This document shows, one piece after another, positions 12,620-22,572 of a DNA stretch of 64,000 nucleotides. Each line of letters starts with the position of its first letter. Position 1 is the stretch's first letter. The notes under the pieces are model-generated. The model was not told the DNA's origin, made no database searches, and saw nothing but the letters and a program-made list of their open reading frames with translations. This stretch comes from Candidatus Woesearchaeota archaeon (lineage in GTDB: Archaea > Nanobdellota > Nanobdellia > Woesearchaeales > WAPY01), in NCBI GenBank assembly GCA_049700835.1, contig JBNAUL010000002.1:222999-286998 (forward strand). Reading direction: 5' to 3'. Both the position numbers and the translations under genes were made by a program.

Positions 12620-13087
12620 TTAATCTACCATCTGCTTAACAATGTCCTCAAGGTTCATTTCTTTATGATTTTTTTCAGGTGTAAAATGTATAGTAGCAAC
12701 CTGCTTGAATGTGCTTTTTGGTTCAAGATAGATGCAGAGCTCATTGTATACATTTGAACCATCATTTTCTCCTCTGCAGCTGTGAAAATCCAATATAGCA
12801 GAATTGAATTCAGGGTATGTTGAAAATTGCAGTCCTGATTCAAGAAAGATTATATCTATTGAAACCGCTTTGTAATGCTTTGGGCTCTTAACTTTAAAAA
12901 CTGATTTTCTTACAATATGAAAACCGTCTTCCTTCAAGGATTTTATTATTGTTCTATATATTTGCTTTGCATTTCTAAGTTTTTCATCAGCAACATCATA
13001 AAAGAGCGCAATCAGATGGGTGCCAATCTCCTTGGCAAAATACTGGTCTTCTTGCTTGGAAATGATTTTTTGGGTTTCATTTATCAT
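12620..13087 (-). CDS. Divergent pyruvoyl-dependent S-adenosylmethionine decarboxylase (SpeD/SpeH) family protein
   Basis: GTHLI, LE/S cleavage site, TYPE and DFHSC match the class 1B consensus ESH..HTWPE..D.FTC, with both His residues substituted. Confidence 0.75.
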   Translation of the reverse strand: MINETQKIISKQEDQYFAKEIGTHLIALFYDVADEKLRNAKQIYRTIIKSLKEDGFHIVRKSVFKVKSPKHYKAVSIDIIFLESGLQFSTYPEFNSAILDFHSCRGENDGSNVYNELCIYLEPKSTFKQVATIHFTPEKNHKEMNLEDIVKQMVD

Positions 13088-13098
13088 TGAAAAATTCC

Positions 13099-13149
13099 TT
13101 ATGAAAAATTCATTTTCGTAAATAAGATACTTCCTAAAAAGACTGCCAT
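13099..13149 (-). promoter_or_regulatory. Putative 16-codon leader ORF (MAVFLGSILFTKMNFS) upstream of the SpeD-like gene
   Basis: GGAGGTGG SD (13159-13166) 9 nt before ATG 13149; TAA ends 11 nt before the ATG at 13087. Confidence 0.45.
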
Positions 13150-13380
13150 ATATTTAAACCACCTCCTAATGATCAATGAAAGTGCAAAAAAAGCAAAAAT
13201 GCTCAACAAATGCTCAATAGTCCGTTTGTTTATTCAAAATTTAAATTTTTTTAACAACTTTGGAAAAATGAATGTTGGCAAACAATCTTTTGATTTTTTC
13301 AAAACTTATAACAACAGCAAACCAGTATAGCAAACCAAGCAAACCAAATATTTAAATATGTATGAAATATTTATTGTTCT

Positions 13381-13983
13381 ATGAAGTTGTCAGACAAGAT
13401 AGTTGCATTCGGAATAGCGATACTGCTTACAATCTTAGTGTTCTTATTAATAGATTTTGTTTATCCACAACCAAACAATTATTATGATTACTATAATGAC
13501 TGCTATTACAGGTTCAATTGCGACAAATCGCTTATTGATTGCGAAAGAATGTTTGAGCAACACTCCATAGATTATGAAGCAAGAGTTAACGAGTGCAGGA
13601 ATGAAATTTTAAAAAGCGAAGAGTATAGGAAGTGCTTAAATGAGCAAAACTTGTGCAGTCAAGAAAGTTTTAGGAATAGCGCTTTTTACGCTTATTCTAA
13701 AATAAGCTTTTTAATATTGGTCGTCATTGGGGTAATATTAATACTAACAAGCATGTTTTTGATTTTTGTTGATGCAATAAGAGCAGGTTTCATGCTAAGC
13801 GGAATAATGGTAATCATAATTTCAACATTGAAGAGCTGGAGTTATTTGATGTACAACAAAGGATTGAGCATTTTCATGATTCTCTTGGCGCTTCTTCTCC
13901 TGATTTTTTATTCTTATAAAAATAACATTCAAAATAACATTTTTGGAAAGGTTGTCAAAACCAAGGAATTCAAAAAGATTTGA
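13381..13983 (+). CDS. Membrane protein with Cys-containing extracellular loop
   Basis: One N-terminal TM, a hydrophilic loop with six Cys, three C-terminal TM segments. Confidence 0.75.
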   Translation: MKLSDKIVAFGIAILLTILVFLLIDFVYPQPNNYYDYYNDCYYRFNCDKSLIDCERMFEQHSIDYEARVNECRNEILKSEEYRKCLNEQNLCSQESFRNSAFYAYSKISFLILVVIGVILILTSMFLIFVDAIRAGFMLSGIMVIIISTLKSWSYLMYNKGLSIFMILLALLLLIFYSYKNNIQNNIFGKVVKTKEFKKI

Positions 13984-14179
13984 TAAAGTTCCAAAGAGAA
14001 CATTTAGAAAAAATAAATAAAATTATAATAAATAAATAATTATAAATTATAATAGAACCATAAAGGCAATAAGGATTATGCAAAGAATTCTGCAGCAAAA
14101 TCTCAAAAAGGTTTTTTATAAAAGTTTTGCATCATTTTTAAGCATAAAGTTTATTAATGCAGTTTGAAACATTAGAGCT

Positions 14180-14617
14180 ATGCTTTGGAAATTGCCTCCA
14201 GGAGTTAAAGTTTTGGAAGCATTGGGCTGCATTGGAGACAACAGAATAGTAATGAAGGATAAAAACAGGGCTGTTGTTTTTTCTTCTGAGAGAAAAAGGG
14301 CTTATCTTGTTGTTTTTTATCCTGAAAAAAATAAGGTTTATAGCGATGACAATGCTTCAAAATTTCGGCATTACATTGGTTATCCAATAATTGCTTTTTT
14401 TATGAAAAACAAGATTATAGACTATGACAAAAAACTTGCTGACAATCTAAAAGGCATAAATTGGCATAAATTAAACTTGGATTTTAAGAGAGACTATCAG
14501 AAAGTTGAAGCATACATTGAAGAACTTTGCGAGAAAAAAGGAATAAATAGGGAGTTTGTTGAAGAGGAAATAAAGAGAACGCTTAAAAGGCTTGAGGAGC
14601 TAAAACTTGAGTATTAG
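14180..14617 (+). CDS. Hypothetical protein
   Basis: 145-aa ORF with conserved-looking motifs WKLPP..KVLEALG, SDDNAS, YIGYP. Confidence 0.75.
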   Translation: MLWKLPPGVKVLEALGCIGDNRIVMKDKNRAVVFSSERKRAYLVVFYPEKNKVYSDDNASKFRHYIGYPIIAFFMKNKIIDYDKKLADNLKGINWHKLNLDFKRDYQKVEAYIEELCEKKGINREFVEEEIKRTLKRLEELKLEY

Positions 14618-14706
14618 AACTAAAAAATCAGCGAAAAACAAAAAGAAAAATTAAAAATAAAAAACAAATAAATAAAAACAAAAAAAATTAAAATAAATAA
14701 AAAAAG

Positions 14707-15000
14707 ATGAAAATAAAGAAAACCAACAAATCTGAGAATTCTGCCGAAAATGAATTTTTAACTGAGGATAAAGATTTGGAAGGACTCAGCATTGCAGAGT
14801 TAAGGGAAAGAATAAAGAGTTTAGAAGAAATCATGCGCGCTGAAATTGAAAGGAGAGATTCTATTATTGAAGATTTGAAAAAGAAAAATGAAGTCCTGCT
14901 TAAAACCGCTCTAAAGCAGTCGATGAAAAATGAGGAGTTGAAGAGCTTGTTCGAGCAGATTAAGAGCAAAAAGAACGATGACAAGAAAAAGAACGAGTGA
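14707..15000 (+). CDS. Hypothetical coiled-coil protein
   Basis: E/K/L heptad-rich 97-aa ORF. Confidence 0.6.
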   Translation: MKIKKTNKSENSAENEFLTEDKDLEGLSIAELRERIKSLEEIMRAEIERRDSIIEDLKKKNEVLLKTALKQSMKNEELKSLFEQIKSKKNDDKKKNE

Positions 15001-15070
15001 GAACAAGCGATTTTTCAATTCATTATTTTATTATTAATTCTATATTATTTATTATTAATTAAATTATGCT

Positions 15071-15952
15071 TTATGCTTTTAGGTTTATCATCTTGTAAAC
15101 GAGCTTTGCAAGAGCATATGCCTCAGAAGCATAGTTGTAAAAACTTCCCTTTGGTGAGAATTCTGTAATATCCGCTCCAATTACATTTTTATTTTTAAAA
15201 ATAATCTTCAATGCAGAAATCACTTGATTCCAAGAAAAACCTCCTGGTTCAGGAGTTCCAACGAACCTTATTAGTGAAGGGTCAAAGACATCTGCGTCAA
15301 TTGAAAGGTAAACATCCTCTTCAAGGTTTTCCAAAGTGCTCTCAAGTTTTTCAATAGAAAATTCATCTGCTCTAAGCATAACAATGTTCTTGTTCTTTTC
15401 AGAGAATTCAATCTCAGAATCATCAGCGCTTCTAATGCCTAATATCAATGTCTTGTGCTTTGCTGCTGTTCTCCTTGCAACGCAAGCATGGTTGCAAGTA
15501 GAATTGTTCCAAGAGTATCTGAGATCAGCGTGCGCATCAAAAATTATTACTGAAAATTTCTTTTTAAATCTTTCAAAAGCATCCGCAACTCCTATTGTAA
15601 TTGAGTGATCTCCTCCAAGAACTACTAAAAATTTGCCTTTTGAGTAATAATCGCTCTTTTCAAGCACTCTTTGAACTTCAAGAGATATCTTTTCAACAGC
15701 ATGTTCTTGCTTTTCCAGCTTTCCTCTTATCTTTATTCTTTTTAGGGTTCTTATTCCATTTAAGAACCCTTGTTTTTTCAATTCAACATCATAGTATTCA
15801 AGTTCAGAAGACGCTTTGATTATCTTATCGCATCCATAGCTTGCTCCTCTTAAAAAACTCACTTTGCCTTCATAATTTATAGGCAGTATTAAGAATTTTG
15901 ACTCTTTGCCAGAATATTCCCTTGGCAGGTTCATGAAATTAATTTTTCTCAT
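15071..15952 (-). CDS. speB: Agmatinase (ureohydrolase family)
   Basis: GGDHS, DAHAD, SIDADVFDP, PEPGG metal-binding motifs. Confidence 0.9.
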   Translation of the reverse strand: MRKINFMNLPREYSGKESKFLILPINYEGKVSFLRGASYGCDKIIKASSELEYYDVELKKQGFLNGIRTLKRIKIRGKLEKQEHAVEKISLEVQRVLEKSDYYSKGKFLVVLGGDHSITIGVADAFERFKKKFSVIIFDAHADLRYSWNNSTCNHACVARRTAAKHKTLILGIRSADDSEIEFSEKNKNIVMLRADEFSIEKLESTLENLEEDVYLSIDADVFDPSLIRFVGTPEPGGFSWNQVISALKIIFKNKNVIGADITEFSPKGSFYNYASEAYALAKLVYKMINLKA

Positions 15953-16063
15953 TTTAAAGCATATTTAAGCATCTGTTAAAATCTCTTCTTTGTTATTTTT
16001 TAAATCTTTTAATTTTAAATCTTGCTATTCAACAAAATTCTTCTTTGTTTAAAATACTTGTGT

Positions 16064-17131
16064 TCAATCCACTGTTCTTGTTTCCAATTTTTCCAAACCG
16101 CAAAAATCAGTTGCGTAGTTGTAAGCGCCTGCATTCAAAAAAACAATTTTATCCCCAACTTTTTTTTCAGGAAGATAAACTTTATACCTGAATATGTCCA
16201 TTGAATCGTTTGTGCATCCTTTTATAACATAAGGAATTGCATTTCGTTCTTCGAACTGCCCTTTGTTGAACTGATTTTCTTCAAGTTCTCCTTCCACCAG
16301 CAATCTAAGATTTAAAACAAATGTGTCCATTGCTGCGTTGAATACTGAACAATTAACAATGATGTTGTTTTCATAAATCGCTATTATCTCGCACTCAAGT
16401 TTGACTGCAGAAGCTGCTATGAACCTTCCTGGTTCAATTATCAACTTTATTCCTCTGCTATTGGCCCATTCCCTGAATTCATTTATCCTGTTAAAAATTG
16501 ATTCGAGGTGTTTTAACTCGTAATTCTTGTAACGCGAAGGCAAACCTCCTCCAATGTTTATGAAATCAACGCTCTCAAGAGTTTCCTTAGAGAGAACTTC
16601 CTCAACATCGTTTATCAATGACCACTCAGCAACATTCTGAGTTTTTCTGTGAAAGTGAATTCCTAAAGAATTTATGTTCTCGTTCTTTCTAAGATTTGGA
16701 ATTATTGAGTTCATTTGCTCAGCGCTCATGCCAAAAACAAAGTGCTTTCCAGTGTGCATTGTCTTTTCCTTTATTTTTACCCTTAAAAAGAGATTTATCT
16801 TTACGCTCTTCAATTTTGAAAAACAGAGCAATGTGTCTAAGTCAAATTTGTTGTCAACGATGAAGTTCTCAACTCCTATGCTAAAAATCTCTTCCAAATC
16901 GTCAAAACTTGCTGCCTGCAAATAATAAAAAATCCTTTTTGAGGATTCTCTCTTAAGCATTCTTAGGGATTTCAAGGATTCAACTGTAAAATAAGAATCT
17001 GTTTCTGATTCCAGTATTTTTCCAACTTCTGTGTTTGTCTTAAAGCTGTATGAAACTATATCTGCGATGCCTTTAACTTTGTAATAGTTCTCCAAAACCT
17101 TTGACTTTAACAACAAAAATCTCGCTTTCAT
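16064..17131 (-). CDS. PLP-dependent basic amino acid decarboxylase (Orn/Arg/DAP family, alanine-racemase fold)
   Basis: YSFKTN (PLP Lys), HFH, NIGGG, EPGRF, GAYN; substrate not determinable from sequence. Confidence 0.88.
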   Translation of the reverse strand: MKARFLLLKSKVLENYYKVKGIADIVSYSFKTNTEVGKILESETDSYFTVESLKSLRMLKRESSKRIFYYLQAASFDDLEEIFSIGVENFIVDNKFDLDTLLCFSKLKSVKINLFLRVKIKEKTMHTGKHFVFGMSAEQMNSIIPNLRKNENINSLGIHFHRKTQNVAEWSLINDVEEVLSKETLESVDFINIGGGLPSRYKNYELKHLESIFNRINEFREWANSRGIKLIIEPGRFIAASAVKLECEIIAIYENNIIVNCSVFNAAMDTFVLNLRLLVEGELEENQFNKGQFEERNAIPYVIKGCTNDSMDIFRYKVYLPEKKVGDKIVFLNAGAYNYATDFCGLEKLETRTVD

Positions 17132-17169
17132 TTTTCTTTCATTTTTTTATTTTTTTTTCTCTTGAAAAT

Positions 17170-18114
17170 TTAATCTGAGTTTATTATTTTATCCCTGAAA
17201 AGTTCTTCAAAAACAGGAATTATGACTAATGGAAATATTATCGTTGCATCTCCTATCATCGTTACTGCCTCTGAATCGTCCTTAATCTTTCCCCAACTCT
17301 TTGCTTCGTTTGTAGTTGCGCTGCTCATGCTTCCTGATTCTTGGTGAGATGTTGTTATGTAAACAGCATAATCCAAGCCACCATTCAGCAGACAAGCCAA
17401 GAGCGCGTGATGCTTTGAAACCCCTCCTCCCAAAGCAATAACCCCTTTTTTGTCGTCTTGGCTTACAAACAAAACAATTCTTTTAAAATCATCCACAACA
17501 TCAACTACAAAGTCATTGTGCTTCTGCTGAAGCATAAACAAATGAAATCCAAGAGCGCTGTCTGTTATTGCAGGGCAAAAAACAGGGACATTGTTCTTTG
17601 CTGCTTGATAGAGTATTGAGTTTTTGTCTTTAAGCATTAAACCAAACTCCATTAGCATCTCTGAAACACTCCACCTATGCTTTTTCTCGTATAATTTCAT
17701 AAGCATTGCATTTATCAAATCCTCAAATTTCTCATAGCTCTCGTTCGTTATTATCAGGTTTCCTATTCTATTCATCCCGTCTTCATAGAGTTTTAGATCG
17801 TCTGCATTGTAATCTGTTATAAGAAATTCCTCTGAATTCGCTTTCATTATATCTTCTTCAATTCCACCTGCTGTTGTTACAATTGCATCTACAAGCCCTA
17901 ATCTTATCATTTGGGCAAACAATCCTCTTAATCCAGAAGTAACTAAGTTTGAACTGAATGTCAGAAATATCTTTGCTCCTGATTTTTTCATGCTAAGTAT
18001 TATTTCAGAAGCTCTCTTTATGTTTATGCTCTGAAATCCAACGCTTGAGAGCGAATTTACAAACTCTTCAACACTCATTCCATTTTTCCAGATAAAATCC
18101 TTGACAACTTTCAT
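17170..18114 (-). CDS. dys: Deoxyhypusine synthase family protein
   Basis: GFQ, SNLVTSGLR, TTAGGIEED, NRIGN, GGGVSKHH, EAKSWGK (catalytic Lys), GDATI; GGGTGA SD before ATG 18114. Confidence 0.92.
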   Translation of the reverse strand: MKVVKDFIWKNGMSVEEFVNSLSSVGFQSINIKRASEIILSMKKSGAKIFLTFSSNLVTSGLRGLFAQMIRLGLVDAIVTTAGGIEEDIMKANSEEFLITDYNADDLKLYEDGMNRIGNLIITNESYEKFEDLINAMLMKLYEKKHRWSVSEMLMEFGLMLKDKNSILYQAAKNNVPVFCPAITDSALGFHLFMLQQKHNDFVVDVVDDFKRIVLFVSQDDKKGVIALGGGVSKHHALLACLLNGGLDYAVYITTSHQESGSMSSATTNEAKSWGKIKDDSEAVTMIGDATIIFPLVIIPVFEELFRDKIINSD

Positions 18115-18408
18115 TATGCTCACCCTAAATCTTAACTTAAAACTCTCTTTGGCATTTTTGAGATTTAGAAAATTTTTATGAAAAACAATCTTTTTAGAGT
18201 AATAATTAAATTTTTAATCAGAAAAAGAATTTTTTAAGAGCTAGCTCTAACAGAATCATAATTCACAATTAAAATAAAGCACTTGGCGTTCATAGCATTC
18301 ATAGTATAGCTAAGTTTTTTGAGCTGATTTATAAAACTTTCTAAAACAATAAAAATTATAAGAATTATATAAAAAGAAATTAAATACTTTATTGACTGAC
18401 AATATTCT

Positions 18409-19053
18409 ATGATTAAGGGAGTTGCATTTGATGCAGGAGGAGTTTTGTTAGTTACAGGAGAAACAAGTTTAAAAACAGAAAATTTATTTAAAAAATATTT
18501 TCCAGAAATAAGGTATGAGCGTTACATGAAAAATTTTAGGAGATTCAAAAATAAAGCTCAGAAAATAAAGGGATATTCCTTTAAAACTGCTGTTGAGGAA
18601 TGCTTAAAATCATTAGGCATCAAGGATAAAAAAAGAATAAGGGCTTTCAGCAATAGAATTATAAGAATAAAACCAAAAATAATAAGAGGTTGCAGGGAAT
18701 TGTTTGAATTCATAAAAAGAAAAAAATTAAAAATAATTATTTTGAGTGACACACATAATACGAGTTCAAGCGCTCGGAAGTTCTTTAAACTCAAGAACAA
18801 AAAAATCTCAGAAATGATTGATTTTATAATAACTTCAAAGGATGTTGGATGCAAGAAGCCCTGCTCTAAAATACTAAGGTATGCTTGCAAAAAGTCAGGG
18901 CTGAAGAGAGAAGAAATTCTCTTCATAAGTGACAGCATGGAAGAGATTTCAGGGGCAAGAATTTTTGGGTTTAAAACGATTTTGTTCTCAAACAAAAACA
19001 TAAGCAATGCTCTTTATCTAAAACCCATAATTGAAAAATATCTTCACTCGTAA
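18409..19053 (+). CDS. HAD-superfamily hydrolase
   Basis: FDAGGVL motif I, LSD, KP, ISDS..E motif IV. Confidence 0.85.
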   Translation: MIKGVAFDAGGVLLVTGETSLKTENLFKKYFPEIRYERYMKNFRRFKNKAQKIKGYSFKTAVEECLKSLGIKDKKRIRAFSNRIIRIKPKIIRGCRELFEFIKRKKLKIIILSDTHNTSSSARKFFKLKNKKISEMIDFIITSKDVGCKKPCSKILRYACKKSGLKREEILFISDSMEEISGARIFGFKTILFSNKNISNALYLKPIIEKYLHS

Positions 19054-19164
19054 ATTTTCATTGATGAATAAAAAATAGATGAGAAACAAAAAAACAGACA
19101 AGAAACAGACAAGAAACAAATTTTATAAAATTAAAATCCTAAATTTATTTTTTAAGTTCTCTTT

Positions 19165-20115
19165 TCACTCCTTTTCAATTTTCATAACCAAACTTATTTC
19201 TAGCAAGTTAAGAGTATTAACAATAATTACTACTAATCTTGTCAATAGTATTATCTCATGCCTTTCAAGATTCTTGTTTTTCAGGAACATTTCATTGTTC
19301 TTTTCAAAGATTTCTCTTCTTAAAGAATATATAGAGTTTATCTTATCGCTGTTGTAAGTGTAAAAAATCTCGTATGCCAATCTGAATGTTTGGTTGATTT
19401 TTGAGAATATTTCAAGGACTTCTCTTCTTACTGGTTTGCTGAAATAAAATAACTCTTTTGTCAGATACCTGTACACATGGATTATTTCTTCCAACTGCGT
19501 AAGGTAATTGTAGAGAAGGGTTGTTTTCTTGTAATCATAGTAGCCATATTTGCTCAACAGCCTCAAGCAATAGTAGATTAACTTCTCTATCGTGTCGTGC
19601 TTATCGTAGAGCTGTATTTGTTTAAGCTCTTTTATCGCATTGTAGCTTTCATTTCCCATCTCTAATATTAGTAAGAATATTCTCCTCATTATGTTATCAA
19701 ACTCCTTTTCATTCGTTGTTGTAATCTCTTTTATTAGGCAGTAATTTTCAGTGCTGCTTATGATTTCAATTCCTATGAGCTTATCTACCTGGGCCCTGAT
19801 TGCGCTGTAAACAGGAACATTGTTCTTTAATTTCAAATCCCTTGTTTCTTTATTCTTGAATTTTAGTTTTATTTCTTCGTATCCTGCTTTGTATGCGCCC
19901 TTGATGCAGACCTCTATCAACTGCTTTGACATATCTGTAACATCAAGTTCTATGGATTCTATGCTGATTGGTTTTTTTGTTGAGATTACGAGGCTATTTG
20001 CTTTCTCCTCGATTTCAAGTTCTTCCCCTTTTGAGATTTTGTATTTTTCAACCCACTTCTTCGGCAGAGAAATGACAGAGGTTTTTCCGGCAAGCTGTAT
20101 AACTTTCCTTTTCAT
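19165..20115 (-). CDS. Archaeal AbrB-PhoU domain regulator
   Basis: N-terminal RKVIQLAGKTSVISLPKKW AbrB motif followed by helical PhoU-like repeats. Confidence 0.85.
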   Translation of the reverse strand: MKRKVIQLAGKTSVISLPKKWVEKYKISKGEELEIEEKANSLVISTKKPISIESIELDVTDMSKQLIEVCIKGAYKAGYEEIKLKFKNKETRDLKLKNNVPVYSAIRAQVDKLIGIEIISSTENYCLIKEITTTNEKEFDNIMRRIFLLILEMGNESYNAIKELKQIQLYDKHDTIEKLIYYCLRLLSKYGYYDYKKTTLLYNYLTQLEEIIHVYRYLTKELFYFSKPVRREVLEIFSKINQTFRLAYEIFYTYNSDKINSIYSLRREIFEKNNEMFLKNKNLERHEIILLTRLVVIIVNTLNLLEISLVMKIEKE

Positions 20116-20274
20116 AGAGTGCAGGAAATTATTCTTAATATATAAATTTTTCTAATTATATAATTATATATTAATTTATATTTTTTAAGGATAAATTATA
20201 TATTTATCAGCACATTATTAATGATTGTTTTTCCAAAAAAAATGAAAACAAATCAAATTTAAATGGTGATTTTA

Positions 20275-20742
20275 ATGAAAATAACAAAAAAAGATTTAAT
20301 GATCATAACAGAATTGAGGAGAAACGCAAGAGAAACGCTTACAAGATTGAGCAGAAAAACAAGAATACCAATATCAACGATATTCGACAGGTTAAAGCTA
20401 CAGGAAGGAGAACTCATTAAAAAGCACTGCGCCTTAATAGATTTTCAGAAGATAGGATTTTCAATAAGAGCTAACATCCTTATAAAGGTCCCTGTTGAAC
20501 AAAGAAACAGGTTAGTTGAGCACTTGCAGAAAGAACTCCACATCAATACTGTGCTTAGAATAAACAATGGATACGATTTTTTGGTTGAAGCGCTTTTCAG
20601 GACTTTAAAAGAGGCAGAGGGCTTTGTGAATAAGCTTGAAGAAGAATACAAGATAGAGGATAAAAAGGTCTTTTATGTCATCGATGAGATAAAGAGAGAA
20701 GAATTTTTATCAAGCCCTGTATTTGCTGATATGCTCTTTTAA
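20275..20742 (+). CDS. Lrp/AsnC family transcriptional regulator
   Basis: KKDLMIITELRRNAR..LSRK..STI HTH, IDFQKIG linker, NGYDF RAM domain; start 20263 or 20275. Confidence 0.9.
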   Translation: MKITKKDLMIITELRRNARETLTRLSRKTRIPISTIFDRLKLQEGELIKKHCALIDFQKIGFSIRANILIKVPVEQRNRLVEHLQKELHINTVLRINNGYDFLVEALFRTLKEAEGFVNKLEEEYKIEDKKVFYVIDEIKREEFLSSPVFADMLF

Positions 20743-20797
20743 CGATATGCTCTTTTGAAATTCTCATAAAAAACAAAAAAACAAAATAAAAAAGAAA

Positions 20798-22411
20798 TTA
20801 AAATGCTTTTTTAGGACAATCTTTTACCTGGTCAGAGCACTTTTGCAAGTAGAAACATTTTTGTTTCATAAGCTCAGAAATTTCTTTCCCATATCTAGGA
20901 ATTTCAGAAATTTTATTAACGAGTTCTTGCGTTAAATATTGCATCTCCTTCTTTGCAGTGGCACATAATCTTTCTCCAGAAAGCTTAATAAGATTATACC
21001 CATCAAAATTTTCATAAACAAAAACCTTTAACCCATGAGGCAGAACTATGTTTGCAGACATTGGATCTGTGTTATATTCATTTATTAGTTTATTCCAAAA
21101 ATTTAACAACATCTCATAATCCTTTGCAAATATTTCTGCTTTACCCTTTAATGCTTCTGGGTAAGTAAAAAGTTTTGCTGAATCTAAATTTTTATTAACT
21201 GCTATTTTAGCAGCAGCTCTTTTAGCAGCACAAACTAATGGTTCATATTGTTTTGGAACTGTTCTGTGCCTTGTTTCTTGATGCAATAATGACAAATCCA
21301 CAACTCTCAAAACTTTTACATTTATTGTTTTCAACACATCATACATGTTCTTTTTTAGTTTATTTTCTTTGCTCTTCAAAGTTTCAATTATTTTTTCAGT
21401 TCCATAATTTTCTATAACGTGCAAAGGGTCTGAAATCTCTAGAACAACAGCATTTCTTATAACATTTCTTATAGGAGTTTCTGTATGTGCTCCGTAAGCT
21501 CTAAGCAGTATCTCCTCAAGTTTTTCTGTTGCTCCATTCTCTGGCAAAAATAAACTTCCAGATGGAAAATGTTGAAGTTGATCGTAATTCGTATTCCACT
21601 TTCTTACCAATAATTTGTTTTTTTGTTGCAGAACATCAAAAATTTTGCTTGAGTATTCAAAAATAGCATCTAATCCTCCTCTGTCATTAATTATTTTTTC
21701 TCCTTTTGAATTAGATGTTATTCCTGATTCAAGGAACATCTGCCAAAAAGCTCTCAATGAAATATCTGCTGTTAAGGAAGTCAATAAACTCAATGGCTGA
21801 ATGTACATTGCATCTTCTCTGTATTTTTTCCTTTCCTCTTCATCAAAACATTCTAATAATTTATTATAATCCTCATTAATAACAGCTATTATTGAACTGT
21901 ACTCCTTCATTATCCTTTCATTTTTGGAAAACTCCTTTGGAATGAAATAAGCATTGTGTTCTATTCTCCTTGTGGATTTTTGAAGCAAGGAAACGCCTCT
22001 TTCAAATGTTGTCAGCCACAGAGTAAAAATTCTTGGAGCAATTAAACTGATTCTCTCAGTTATCAAATCTGCTGCTGCATTATGGCCCTTTCCAAGAGAG
22101 TTCTCCAGAATCCTTTCTACATCTTCTTCTCTTAATTCTTCTACATATTGATTGTAAGTCCCTATTCTTGATGTCTGCTTCAGGGCAGCAGAAAGTTCTT
22201 GTAATTTCTTATAACCGTTTTTGTCACTAAAGTTTTCAGTTTCATGAATAGTTATTGGCCTTAAACTTTCATCCTTTTCTCCAAGCTGTTCAAGCTCTTC
22301 AAGAGTAAAAAGATTTTTGTCTTTAAAATAAGGTTCTATTTTTTCTACAAGAGTTCCAGGAAATGTATATATTTTAATCTCAGAATTGTTCTTAGAAGCT
22401 TCAGATTCCAT
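20798..22411 (-). CDS. thyX: Tandem-domain FAD-dependent thymidylate synthase (ThyX-like), divergent
   Basis: Domain 1 GH and QKSTR; domain 2 HQETRHR and RLCATAKKE, with terminal Cys cluster; length fits a duplicated ThyX. Confidence 0.7.
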   Translation of the reverse strand: MESEASKNNSEIKIYTFPGTLVEKIEPYFKDKNLFTLEELEQLGEKDESLRPITIHETENFSDKNGYKKLQELSAALKQTSRIGTYNQYVEELREEDVERILENSLGKGHNAAADLITERISLIAPRIFTLWLTTFERGVSLLQKSTRRIEHNAYFIPKEFSKNERIMKEYSSIIAVINEDYNKLLECFDEEERKKYREDAMYIQPLSLLTSLTADISLRAFWQMFLESGITSNSKGEKIINDRGGLDAIFEYSSKIFDVLQQKNKLLVRKWNTNYDQLQHFPSGSLFLPENGATEKLEEILLRAYGAHTETPIRNVIRNAVVLEISDPLHVIENYGTEKIIETLKSKENKLKKNMYDVLKTINVKVLRVVDLSLLHQETRHRTVPKQYEPLVCAAKRAAAKIAVNKNLDSAKLFTYPEALKGKAEIFAKDYEMLLNFWNKLINEYNTDPMSANIVLPHGLKVFVYENFDGYNLIKLSGERLCATAKKEMQYLTQELVNKISEIPRYGKEISELMKQKCFYLQKCSDQVKDCPKKAF

Positions 22412-22572
22412 AAGACCACCCAGCTTATAGACACCATAAAAAGATTATCTTTAAATAATTTTTGTTACTTAAAAAGAATTATTTTAAAATTAGCATTTGA
22501 TTATAAATATTGTATTATTGTAAAACAGAATTTTTTTATATTAGTGAAAATTATTTTTTAAAGGGTGATTCA

